DNA of 64,000 bases from positions 5,839 to 69,838 of the forward strand of contig CAOJYR010000002.1 in NCBI GenBank assembly GCA_948465965.1, read 5' to 3'. The notes beneath the pieces are model-generated. The model saw nothing but the letters and a program-made list of their open reading frames with translations. It was not told where the DNA came from and made no database searches. Below are positions 37,664-46,183 of the stretch, in pieces. Source of the stretch: an uncultured Mycoplasmatota bacterium (GTDB lineage: Bacteria; Bacillota_I; Bacilli_A; RF39; UBA660). The position numbers were made by a program, and so were the translations under genes. Every line of letters begins with the position of its first letter. The first letter of the stretch is position 1.

Positions 37664-38782
37664 TTAAATTTTCTTTGTATTTACTTTTTCTTTTTCTTCT
37701 GCCCTCAAATCAGAATTAAATGATACTAAGTAATCATAAAAGGACGTATCAGTAGCTGTAGAATTTTGTATTTTATGATCATTATAAATGATAGTAGGGG
37801 AGTAAATACTAAGAGAATTTATAGACGTTTCAGTCTTTATGTAAATACCATTATCAGCTTGAATATTTCCACTATTTGTTCCAGTGATACAGAAGGTTGA
37901 GTCCATTATAACATTAAATCCATGTATTTTTGAAGCAGTACTAAATGTTGTATAATTAGCTATTATTTTAATATCAGGAGAGTCTATATAAGAGTTATTA
38001 GCTAATAATATAGTATCAGCTTCTATATCTGCACGAATACTATTAATCTTAGCATTATTTAATATCAAACTAAAATTATCAGGATCTATATTATTAATAT
38101 TTTTTAATTTGATATCTGTATTTTTAGAGAAGATAGAATTTTTTATAATCATCTGGGAAAAATCAGCCTGTAGTAAAGATCTTTTATCTGGTTTTAGATT
38201 CGAGTTTGAAAACTCTATTTTATATTCTTTTTCGTTATTTAAATACATCATTTCATCTGTCCAAAGAGAGATATCTTTAAATTTTAAAGTACTATCTATA
38301 AATTTTACAGTATTTTCTACACCCTCATAACTAAATACATTAACGTCCCAGCAAGAACTATTATGATGTTCATTATCAAATACAATATGATCCCCCTGTA
38401 TTTCTAGATTATGATGATGTAAATCATCATGAACACAACTGTCTAAATAGGAATTATTAGTCATTTTAACATTGTTTGCTAAAATAGATACATCATCTTC
38501 AAAAGAACAATTTTCAAACTCAATATGAAATAACTTCTTATTAGGAGTATTATACGCTATAACATCTAATTTTTCTTTAAAATTATAATCTTTAAATATA
38601 TAAGTTATATTATCTATATCTGCATACACGTCTGGTAAAATAACTTTCATTACTTTAGAATTACTAATTAATTTTTTTTCTTTTTCTAACTTATTTAAAT
38701 CTAAGTAACATAACTTACCCTTATCCTTATCAATTACTAGTTTCCCAATCTTATTGATTGATCTTTTACCCTTTAGGTTCAT
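37664..38782 (-). CDS. Hypothetical protein, tandem paralog A (372 aa)
   Basis: Blocks KLCYLDLNKL, ITYIFKD, NCSFEDDVSILANNVKM, QADNGIYIKTE...IYSPTIIYNDHKI match paralog B. RBS GGGAGGG upstream. No signal peptide. Confidence 0.55.
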   Translation of the reverse strand: MNLKGKRSINKIGKLVIDKDKGKLCYLDLNKLEKEKKLISNSKVMKVILPDVYADIDNITYIFKDYNFKEKLDVIAYNTPNKKLFHIEFENCSFEDDVSILANNVKMTNNSYLDSCVHDDLHHHNLEIQGDHIVFDNEHHNSSCWDVNVFSYEGVENTVKFIDSTLKFKDISLWTDEMMYLNNEKEYKIEFSNSNLKPDKRSLLQADFSQMIIKNSIFSKNTDIKLKNINNIDPDNFSLILNNAKINSIRADIEADTILLANNSYIDSPDIKIIANYTTFSTASKIHGFNVIMDSTFCITGTNSGNIQADNGIYIKTETSINSLSIYSPTIIYNDHKIQNSTATDTSFYDYLVSFNSDLRAEEKEKVNTKKI

Positions 38783-38918
38783 GTTTATCCCTCCCGTTTT
38801 AATTTCCTTATTACGCTTTTATATACATATGATATTCTTCTTTTCGTAGTTTGTATTATAACACAAACCTTGTATTTATACAATTATTTTTATATAATGG
38901 AAAAAGAAGGTGAGAGGT

Positions 38919-39812
38919 ATGAAAATAAGCCACGCAATAGAAGATTTCATTAATTATTGTATCTTTGAAAAAGGGCTTTCTGATAAGACAAGGGATTCCT
39001 ATTTAAACGATCTAAATATTTATAAGGAGTTTTTAAAAAAAAGACAGATCACTGATGTAAAAAATATTAAAAGTGATGATATAAAAGAGTTTCTAAAAGA
39101 CAGAAAGAGTGTAGAAAAAACAACTACAATTGCTCACAATTTAACTGTAATCAAAAACTTCCATAAATATCTTTTAAAACAAACAATAGTAAAAGATGAT
39201 GTGGCCTTATTTGTTGAAAGACCAAAATTAAAGAAATCCCTTCCTAAAACTTTAAATTTAAAAGACGTTGATAAGCTATTAGATATTGAGTTAAAGAGTC
39301 AATTTGACTATCGCAACAAGGCTATGTTAGAATTGATGTATGGAACTGGTTTAAGAGTGAGTGAATTAGTATCTTTAACAGTAAATGACATAGATTTAAC
39401 AAATTGTATAATTAGGGTAATGGGAAAAGGAAGTAAAGAGCGAGAGATCCCTTTAGGGGAATATTCTATATACTATTTAAAATTATATTTAGAACTAAGA
39501 CCATCTATGTTAAAAAGCAATAATACTGATGCATTATTTTTAAATAATCATGGTAAAGGTATGACAAGACAGGGTTTTTTCAAAAACCTAAAAAATATAT
39601 TAAAGGAGAAAAATTTAAATTCAGATGTTTCTCCTCATACTCTTAGACACAGTTTTGCAACTCACTTACTAAATAGGGGAGCAGATCTTAGAAGTATTCA
39701 AGAAATGTTAGGACACTCTGATATTTCTACTACTAAAATATATACCCATATCAGTGATGATAAAGTAAGCAAAGACTATAAAAAATACCATCCAAGAGAA
39801 CACAAAAACTAA
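38919..39812 (+). CDS. xerD: Site-specific tyrosine recombinase XerD
   Basis: LMYGTGLRVSELVSL, HTLRHSFATHLLNRGADLRSIQEMLGHSDISTTKIYTH. ATG 38919 follows GAAGGTGAGAGG. The ORF-track start 38910 is GTG. Confidence 0.85.
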   Translation: MKISHAIEDFINYCIFEKGLSDKTRDSYLNDLNIYKEFLKKRQITDVKNIKSDDIKEFLKDRKSVEKTTTIAHNLTVIKNFHKYLLKQTIVKDDVALFVERPKLKKSLPKTLNLKDVDKLLDIELKSQFDYRNKAMLELMYGTGLRVSELVSLTVNDIDLTNCIIRVMGKGSKEREIPLGEYSIYYLKLYLELRPSMLKSNNTDALFLNNHGKGMTRQGFFKNLKNILKEKNLNSDVSPHTLRHSFATHLLNRGADLRSIQEMLGHSDISTTKIYTHISDDKVSKDYKKYHPREHKN

Positions 39813-39825
39813 GGAGATAATATTT

Positions 39826-40992
39826 ATGAAATTTAAAAGAATATTTTTAATGGTACTAGACTCACTAGGTGTTGGAGAAACTACTGATGCCAGTAATTAT
39901 GGTGATACTGGAGCAAACACATTAGGACATATTAAAGAAAATTATGATCTATTTATTCCCAATTTAAAAAAGATTGGTTTTCTAGACACTTTAAATATGA
40001 ATGAAAATAGGGATGTTGAAGCCTATTATACAATTGCAAAACCAACCAATGCTGGAAAAGATACATTAAATGGCCATTATGAAATGATGGGTATAAAGAA
40101 TAATATACCATTTAAGACATTTAATATGGGCTTTCCCTTTGATATATTAAATGGAATAGAACAAGTTACTGGTAGACGTGTAATTGGTAACAAATGTTGT
40201 ATTGATGACTCCATAATCCAAGAATTAGGAGAACGTCAACAAAATTATGGATCATTAATTATTTATACTTCTGCGGATTCAGACCTACAAGTTGCAGCTC
40301 ATGAAGATTGTATTCCAGTACCTACTTTATATCAATATTGTGAACGAATAAGAGCCCTAACTTTAAAAGAGGAGTGGAGAGTAGGTAGAGTAATTGCTAG
40401 ACCTTTTACAGGTACACCAGGGCATTACAAATTACTACACAGTAATAGGAGAGACTATTCTGTAAAACCACCTGAAAAAAGTGTATTAGATAATCTAATA
40501 GAAAACAGTTATAATGTTATAGGAATTGGAAAAATTAACGATATATTTGATGGACAAGGAATCAACAAAAATATAAAAGCATCTAACAATATAGAAGCAA
40601 TTAATAAATTCACTGATATAATGGATAAAAATTTCACAGGATTATGCATGGTAAACTTAGCTGATTTTGATAGTTTATATGGTCATACTAGAGACGTTGA
40701 AGGATATGCCAAAGCAATAGAAGAATTGGATGTAGAAATCCCTATTATGTTAAACAAATTAGAAACAGACGATTTATTAATTATAACTGCTGATCACGGT
40801 AATGATCCAACATTCCAAGGAAATGATCATACCAGAGAAAATGTTCCAGTAATTATTTATAGTAGAAATCTAAAAAATCCAAAAAGATTACAACCATTTG
40901 AAACATTTGCAAATATTGGTGCAACCATCGCTGATAATTTCGATGTAGAACTACCAAGCTTTGGAACCAGTATTTTAGATGAGTTAGAATAA
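39826..40992 (+). CDS. deoB: Phosphopentomutase
   Basis: MVLDSLGVGE, NLADFDSLYGH and TADHGNDPT motifs. 388 aa. Confidence 0.92.
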   Translation: MKFKRIFLMVLDSLGVGETTDASNYGDTGANTLGHIKENYDLFIPNLKKIGFLDTLNMNENRDVEAYYTIAKPTNAGKDTLNGHYEMMGIKNNIPFKTFNMGFPFDILNGIEQVTGRRVIGNKCCIDDSIIQELGERQQNYGSLIIYTSADSDLQVAAHEDCIPVPTLYQYCERIRALTLKEEWRVGRVIARPFTGTPGHYKLLHSNRRDYSVKPPEKSVLDNLIENSYNVIGIGKINDIFDGQGINKNIKASNNIEAINKFTDIMDKNFTGLCMVNLADFDSLYGHTRDVEGYAKAIEELDVEIPIMLNKLETDDLLIITADHGNDPTFQGNDHTRENVPVIIYSRNLKNPKRLQPFETFANIGATIADNFDVELPSFGTSILDELE

Positions 40993-41013
40993 AAAGAGTA
41001 GAGTAGAAACAAC

Positions 41014-41046
41014 AAAAAAAGAAGAATAACCTTATTCTTCTTTTTC
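41014..41046. terminator. Bidirectional terminator between deoB and the convergent DUF1540 gene
   Basis: GAAGAATAA/TTATTCTTC inverted repeat flanked by an A-run and a T-run. Confidence 0.5.
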
Positions 41047-41322
41047 TAATTCCTCATCTAAATCATCTGCCTCAGCTTCTACTTCATATTCAGTATCTGT
41101 AATTCTTTCCTCATACTCCTCATCACAATCGTCACATACATCTTCATCAGTCGCAAAACTTTCACATACAGTTTCACCAGTGTCCTTACAATTGTCATTA
41201 TCACAAGTACACCCTACTTTAATTTCATCTAATTCACAATACCCTTCTTCACAATTATTATGTTTACAACTTTCAACATCACATTTAATTGAATTATTAG
41301 TTTTTTCTTTCTTTTTACTCAT
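41032..41322 (-). CDS. DUF1540-like Cys-rich protein with a polyacidic C-terminal tail
   Basis: KCDVESCKHNNCEEGYCELDEIKV repeat type of DUF1540. Tail DDCDEEYEERITDTEYEVEAEADDLDEELEKEE. ATG 41322 follows GGGAGGA. The ORF-track start 41337 is TTG inside the RBS. Confidence 0.6.
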   Translation of the reverse strand: MSKKKEKTNNSIKCDVESCKHNNCEEGYCELDEIKVGCTCDNDNCKDTGETVCESFATDEDVCDDCDEEYEERITDTEYEVEAEADDLDEELEKEE

Positions 41323-41789
41323 TTTTATTCCTCCCAATTATAGTATTTGTTTTTTTCTTAAAAATATACAAAATTTAAAATGTTCTAAAATAAATTTAGA
41401 TGAACAATTATCCATCTTATCAAAGTTAAATCGCTTAGAATTAACTCTAACTCTAATTTACTCCCCCTACTTTTATTAAATAAAAAGAAAAAAGAGAGTA
41501 GGAATAACAGTAGTATATTTATAACCATATTATCTTGCAATAACACTATTATATGTATCATAAATACCAATATAAACAACTATAGATATAAATAGATCAA
41601 ATAAAATTATTACAAAATATATATTGTTTTAATATCACTAATACATTAATTATTATGTCAAAATTTTAAATAAAATATTAAATCATATAAAATAGAAACA
41701 AAATACTAAAAATAGTAGTATATAATATATATTTATAGTACTACATTTAACTCCATTATAGAAGTTAACATAATATCAATTATAGGAAG

Positions 41790-42218
41790 TTATATTATTT
41801 CTTCATTAAGCTCTAAATCATAGATAGATTCAATTTCCTTTTTTATCTTACTTATAATGCTTTTTTTACTTTTATAATTTAAATATTTAGAATAAAACGT
41901 TATCAGTTTAATATTTACACTATCACATATTTTTCTAACCTTAATATCTCTTAATCTGCGTTTATGTTGACTATGTGTTTTATCATTAATTTCTATTAAT
42001 AATAAAACTTTAGAATAATCTTTAGTGCAAACTGCAAAATCAACATTTCTAAATAAATCTGTATAATAGTAATTATTATTCTCTTTCCTTATTATACTAG
42101 CTAAGTTTAATTGGGGAACAATTTTATAATCTCTTTCTAATTCTTTTATTATACTATAAAAGAACATCTCAGTTTTTGTTATTAAAGATTTTCGTTCATA
42201 TATTGTTTCTTTATTCAT
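41790..42218 (-). CDS. DUF2726 (PD-(D/E)xK nuclease-fold) protein
   Basis: VDFAVCTKDYSKVLLLIEINDKTHSQHKRRLRDIKVRKIC matches the D...E-x-K core and basic helix of DUF2726. ATG 42218 is better spaced from AGGGG than ATG 42227. Confidence 0.6.
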   Translation of the reverse strand: MNKETIYERKSLITKTEMFFYSIIKELERDYKIVPQLNLASIIRKENNNYYYTDLFRNVDFAVCTKDYSKVLLLIEINDKTHSQHKRRLRDIKVRKICDSVNIKLITFYSKYLNYKSKKSIISKIKKEIESIYDLELNEEII

Positions 42219-42322
42219 AAATAGCATCCCCTATTCTTTTATCCATCAACAAATAAAATATATATCATAAATATTAATGAACGTACTATCAAAATAGACT
42301 AAAAATGTAAACTAATGTAAAA

Positions 42323-42350
42323 CAAAAAACTAGTATGATAATCATACTAG
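42323..42350 (-). terminator. Rho-independent terminator after the HTH gene
   Basis: On the minus strand, CTAGTATGA-TTA-TCATACTAG is followed by TTTTTT. Confidence 0.6.
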
Positions 42351-42372
42351 CAATAATATAAAACGATTTAAT

Positions 42373-43140
42373 TTACACTTTTCTAGATTGAATCTCTGCT
42401 ATTTTTTCAAGCACCTCTTTAGCATTATCCTCATTAATCTCTGTATAACCCAACTCTTTTAAAGCCTGAACTTTAGCTGTATTTAATTCCTGCGTACGAG
42501 AAAGTTTCTCTTCGTTTTTGTGTTCGATATCTTGAACAAATCTCTTATGAGACTCACTTAATTTATTCTTAGAAGCCCCTCCATTATTATATAAAGTCAT
42601 AGCGCTAAACATAATACTTTCAAAAACAAACTGTTTATCTTTGTTAAATACAAACTCCATAGGATCAGTAAAGCCTAAGGATTTAGACATATAGGCCAAA
42701 ATATACCTTAATTCTTCTGTAGTCTCCATTGACTGTAAAAAATGATAAAGATATAAATAAGTATTATATGTATCCTTTGTTTTATCACTAGAAAGTTTTT
42801 CTTTCAATAAATTAATTACATCAGATAATAATTCTTGCTCCCTTTTATTAAAACCTTTTAAATCAGCTATAACTTCTCTATTTGATGAATCCTTTACTCC
42901 CTCTTTTAATCTATGTTCCACTTCGATTATATATTCACCAGTAATTTTAATATCTTTAATATCATTTTTATTTTCTATATTTAGCAAACTAAGCAATTTA
43001 GCAGACTTTTCCTTAGGCCATTTATCTAAATCTTCAAGTGCTAAATAATTATATAACATTTGCCTAGAAACTCCCAAGTACTTAGACAAACGTACCTTAC
43101 TAATACCTAATTCTGTCAATACAACATTCAATTCCTTCAT
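42373..43140 (-). CDS. Helix-turn-helix (XRE-like) domain protein, 255 aa
   Basis: N-terminal LTELGISKVRLSKYLGVSRQMLYNYL. Long helical C-terminal region with no known motif. RBS GGAGGG upstream. Confidence 0.6.
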   Translation of the reverse strand: MKELNVVLTELGISKVRLSKYLGVSRQMLYNYLALEDLDKWPKEKSAKLLSLLNIENKNDIKDIKITGEYIIEVEHRLKEGVKDSSNREVIADLKGFNKREQELLSDVINLLKEKLSSDKTKDTYNTYLYLYHFLQSMETTEELRYILAYMSKSLGFTDPMEFVFNKDKQFVFESIMFSAMTLYNNGGASKNKLSESHKRFVQDIEHKNEEKLSRTQELNTAKVQALKELGYTEINEDNAKEVLEKIAEIQSRKV

Positions 43141-43269
43141 GTTTTACCCTCCTAATATAATTATAGACACTTACTTGTAAATAATCAAGTGTAAATTGAC
43201 ACATTTTTTATTTTTCACTATAAAAATTAGATTAGAAAGATAATTAAATTTAAGAGTATTTATCTTACA

Positions 43270-43869
43270 TTATATAAAGAACTTTAAAATATTCGGTATT
43301 ACAAAAACCTCAATCAAAGAAGAAACAACAAAACAAAGACTACATACTAAAAAAATCTTTATATATCTAGTAACTATAACTCTACGACTGTAATCTTTTT
43401 TTCTAAATAAATAGTTAAAAAGCATGATGGAAAAACTAATTGCATAATAACAAAGAATCAACGAAAAAAATAAATTAATTGCTGCAGGAATTATATAAAT
43501 TAAAGATAAAATAATCCCCTTAAAACCATATGACATTAAAAGACTACTAAAAGAAAATCCTAATAGAAAACTCCTAAATATTAAAACAAAAATTATTATA
43601 GGAATACCAATTATAGATATACCCAATAACCATATAAACAAATCAATAATAATATTATTAGATAAACTGGAAATCAAAGCACCAACATAATTAAGCCTCC
43701 CCTTAGAAATTGATAAAAAGAAATTATCTAAAGAGGATTGAACCAATTTCTTATTTACATCAGATAAAACAGCAGGAAATAAGATTCCCAATAGAAAAGA
43801 AATAATAATTATTAAAAATAAAACAACTAGTAACCTTTTTGTTTTGAACTTTGCTATAATTTTTTTCAT
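43270..43869 (-). CDS. spoIIM: Stage II sporulation protein M (SpoIIM)-like membrane protein
   Basis: About 200 aa with five hydrophobic helices in a SpoIIM-like layout. Lies near xerD/deoB, as spoIIM does in B. subtilis. ATG 43869 follows AAGGAGA. Confidence 0.6.
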   Translation of the reverse strand: MKKIIAKFKTKRLLVVLFLIIIISFLLGILFPAVLSDVNKKLVQSSLDNFFLSISKGRLNYVGALISSLSNNIIIDLFIWLLGISIIGIPIIIFVLIFRSFLLGFSFSSLLMSYGFKGIILSLIYIIPAAINLFFSLILCYYAISFSIMLFNYLFRKKDYSRRVIVTRYIKIFLVCSLCFVVSSLIEVFVIPNILKFFI

Positions 43870-43977
43870 ATATATATCTCCTTTATATATTAATATTAAA
43901 GATAACAACATATAATGATTAAAACAATTTTACTTTTTCCAACATTTATCTTATAATTAAATTGAGGTGTATATAAT

Positions 43978-44064
43978 ATGAATAAAAAACTAATTAAAAT
44001 TATATCAATAATCTTAGTGGTAGCGATGCTAATCGGTTTCTTTAGTGTATTGCTTTATTTATAG
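43978..44064 (+). CDS. 28-aa hydrophobic micro-protein (MNKKLIKIISIILVVAMLIGFFSVLLYL)
   Basis: Not in the ORF track (too short). RBS GAGGTG lies 8 nt upstream. Charged N-terminus plus one TM helix. Its stop is 24 nt before the next gene. Confidence 0.35.
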   Translation: MNKKLIKIISIILVVAMLIGFFSVLLYL

Positions 44065-44088
44065 CTATAAAAAGAAAGGAAAATAAAA

Positions 44089-44859
44089 ATGAAAAAAAAT
44101 TTATTAAGAGATTCTATTTCAATAGCTCATAATTTAAAAAGAAAAACAAAAATATTTTTATTACAGGACAAAACCTACTTTGAATGCATAGAAGACTCTA
44201 TCTCAATATCTAGTAATTTAAATAAAAGTGCTAATAAATTATATATATTATTAGATACTAATATGTCAAATGAATATCAAACAATTTTCGAAACAATAAA
44301 CGATTGGTTTATTCATATTAGTAAAGAAGATTTAGAAAAGCCTGAAAAACTATCACATAAACTAAAATTCAAATTAGATTTAGTCAATAGTAAAATATAT
44401 CATAATGGCAATAATAAAAACTTAATAAGTCTAACTATGGCAATTGTTCTAGATAATAATACTATTATTACAACTATAGGAAACCCTAGAACTTACCTAT
44501 TAAAAGATGGCAGCTTAAGACAAATTAGCGAAGATCAAACACGTGGTTGGATTTCATATCAAAAAGGTCAAATAACAAAGGAAGAGTTGAAAATTAATTC
44601 TAACAATAAATTAATGAATGCATTAGGATATGCAGAAGTTAATTTTCAAAAACCAGATATAAAAATTATTAGTAATGATTCCTATGACACTCTTCTACTA
44701 TTTAATAGTAAAATTACGGACCTATTGAGTGATGATAAAATACAAGTTATTAGTAAAAATACTTCTAAAGAATATTTGGCAGATAAAATAATTGACGAAG
44801 CTGCTAATATAAATAATAATAGAAAGTTATCAACAATTATATATACAAAAGTCAAATAA
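44089..44859 (+). CDS. PP2C-fold protein with degenerate catalytic motifs (probable pseudophosphatase)
   Basis: Collinear with bacterial PP2C (PrpC-like): ISLTMAIVL...IGNPRTYLLKDGSLRQISEDQT...NALG...LLLFNSKITD. The GDSR, DGL and D-N metal ligands are replaced. Confidence 0.55.
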   Translation: MKKNLLRDSISIAHNLKRKTKIFLLQDKTYFECIEDSISISSNLNKSANKLYILLDTNMSNEYQTIFETINDWFIHISKEDLEKPEKLSHKLKFKLDLVNSKIYHNGNNKNLISLTMAIVLDNNTIITTIGNPRTYLLKDGSLRQISEDQTRGWISYQKGQITKEELKINSNNKLMNALGYAEVNFQKPDIKIISNDSYDTLLLFNSKITDLLSDDKIQVISKNTSKEYLADKIIDEAANINNNRKLSTIIYTKVK

Positions 44860-44955
44860 AAGTAGACATTAAAACCCTGATTCAACTTTATATTGAATTG
44901 GGGTTCTATAATTTAGTACATAACTTAATCCTTTATTATTGTAATAATTAATCTT

Positions 44956-44998
44956 TAAAAAAATGTAGACTATGCATTTTTTACATTGTCTACATTTA
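44956..44998 (-). terminator. Rho-independent terminator after the 100-aa ORF
   Basis: 10-bp inverted repeat AAATGTAGAC/GTCTACATTT (44962-44971 and 44989-44998), followed on the minus strand by a T-run. Confidence 0.55.
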
Positions 44999-45023
44999 GT
45001 TTATCACTTCAATTAGCTATTTT

Positions 45024-45326
45024 TTATCTATCAATATAACCTTCAAGTTCAGGAATTATTTCACTAACAATTCCATCTGGAATATTATACTTATTTACAA
45101 TATTATTAATTCTATTTGTATCTTTTGCCATATAAAGCATTAAAAGACCAGCAATTCTATTCGCAGTATATTGGTCAATTATCTTTCTATCAGCCTCTTG
45201 TATTTTATATTTTCTCACCAAGTCTCTAATAGGTCCATAACCATACAAAAAATTAGTTAAAGATTTAGAAATCAATTCTACTTGCTTATTTCTATCCTTC
45301 AGTCTTACTTTTGTCCATACTTTCAT
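45024..45326 (-). CDS. Hypothetical protein (100 aa)
   Basis: RBS GGGGA upstream and its own terminator. No recognised motif. Confidence 0.45.
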   Translation of the reverse strand: MKVWTKVRLKDRNKQVELISKSLTNFLYGYGPIRDLVRKYKIQEADRKIIDQYTANRIAGLLMLYMAKDTNRINNIVNKYNIPDGIVSEIIPELEGYIDR

Positions 45327-45380
45327 CCTATCATCCCCTATTGATTTTATATAATAACATATTTTATAAAAAAAATAAAG

Positions 45381-46091
45381 TTATTCTAAAACATCTTTCG
45401 GCTCTTTATGTGTTTTCTCATACACAGTTAGTGTATTATCTTTATAAGTAGCAAGCAAAATATTATCATAATCAGTATACCCTTTTACTTTTAATTCATG
45501 AACAAACCAATCAAGAGATTTGTCTGTGTTCTTTATATTCTTTAACATTAAATTCTTATCAATTATAATATTACTAGTTAAGGAATTTGGACTAGGTTTC
45601 AAATTTAAATCACTTCGTGTAGTTGGTTTGTCCTTATCTTTTGGTAAAAAACTAATCTTACCACTAGCCTCCATAATAGCATAGGCCACCTCCGAAATAT
45701 CAAAATATCCAGAGATTCTAGCTTCCTCTAATAAATCGTTTATATCTATATTAACTTTCTCCATAGATTTTTCTAAAATCTTACCATTTTCTATTACTAT
45801 AGTAGGAACACCAATAACAAGTCTCCTAACTAAAATACTTTTCATAGACAATATAGAAATAAAATAGGCAAATAAACCAAACGTACCCATCGCAATTACC
45901 CCATTCAAATATTGGCCATCTATATCCATAACCATCTCCGCTGTAAAATTACCAATAGATATTCCTATAACATAATCAAATAAGCTAAGTTCAGACACCT
46001 GTTTTTTACCAATTAACTTAGTAACCAAAAACAAAACAATTAAACTAACTAAACTTCTTGGAACAATTCTCAAAGCTTCTAACCAATCCAT
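45381..46091 (-). CDS. DUF421 (YetF/YrbG-like) membrane protein
   Basis: LVTKLIGKKQVSELSLFDYVIGISIGN plus a C-terminal soluble domain typical of DUF421. ATG 46091 follows GGTGA. ATG 46106 has no RBS. Confidence 0.75.
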   Translation of the reverse strand: MDWLEALRIVPRSLVSLIVLFLVTKLIGKKQVSELSLFDYVIGISIGNFTAEMVMDIDGQYLNGVIAMGTFGLFAYFISILSMKSILVRRLVIGVPTIVIENGKILEKSMEKVNIDINDLLEEARISGYFDISEVAYAIMEASGKISFLPKDKDKPTTRSDLNLKPSPNSLTSNIIIDKNLMLKNIKNTDKSLDWFVHELKVKGYTDYDNILLATYKDNTLTVYEKTHKEPKDVLE

Positions 46092-46145
46092 AATATCACC
46101 ACTCATAGTATTATCATTTAATTATAATCTTATACACTCAAAGAC

Positions 46146-46175
46146 AAAAAAAACTACATAATAGGTATTATGTAG
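46146..46175 (-). terminator. Rho-independent terminator ending the GNAT-393aa-ABC operon
   Basis: On the minus strand, CTACATAATA...TATTATGTAG is followed by TTTTTTTT. Confidence 0.65.
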
Positions 46176-46183
46176 AATTGTTT

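Noticed and set aside
41180-41579. ORFs 41180-41479 (+) and 41385-41579 (-) in the DUF1540/DUF2726 spacer.
   Set aside because: One is antisense to the DUF1540 gene and then runs into nearly pure A/T DNA. Neither has an RBS, and both give implausible Leu/Ile/Phe/Ser-rich translations.
42303-42312. AATGTAAACT, resembling the XerD half-site of the Firmicute dif site, near xerD.
   Set aside because: The adjacent spacer and the presumptive XerC arm (ATCAAAATAGA) do not match the dif consensus as I recall it. Only a 10-nt half-site match exists, in AT-rich DNA.
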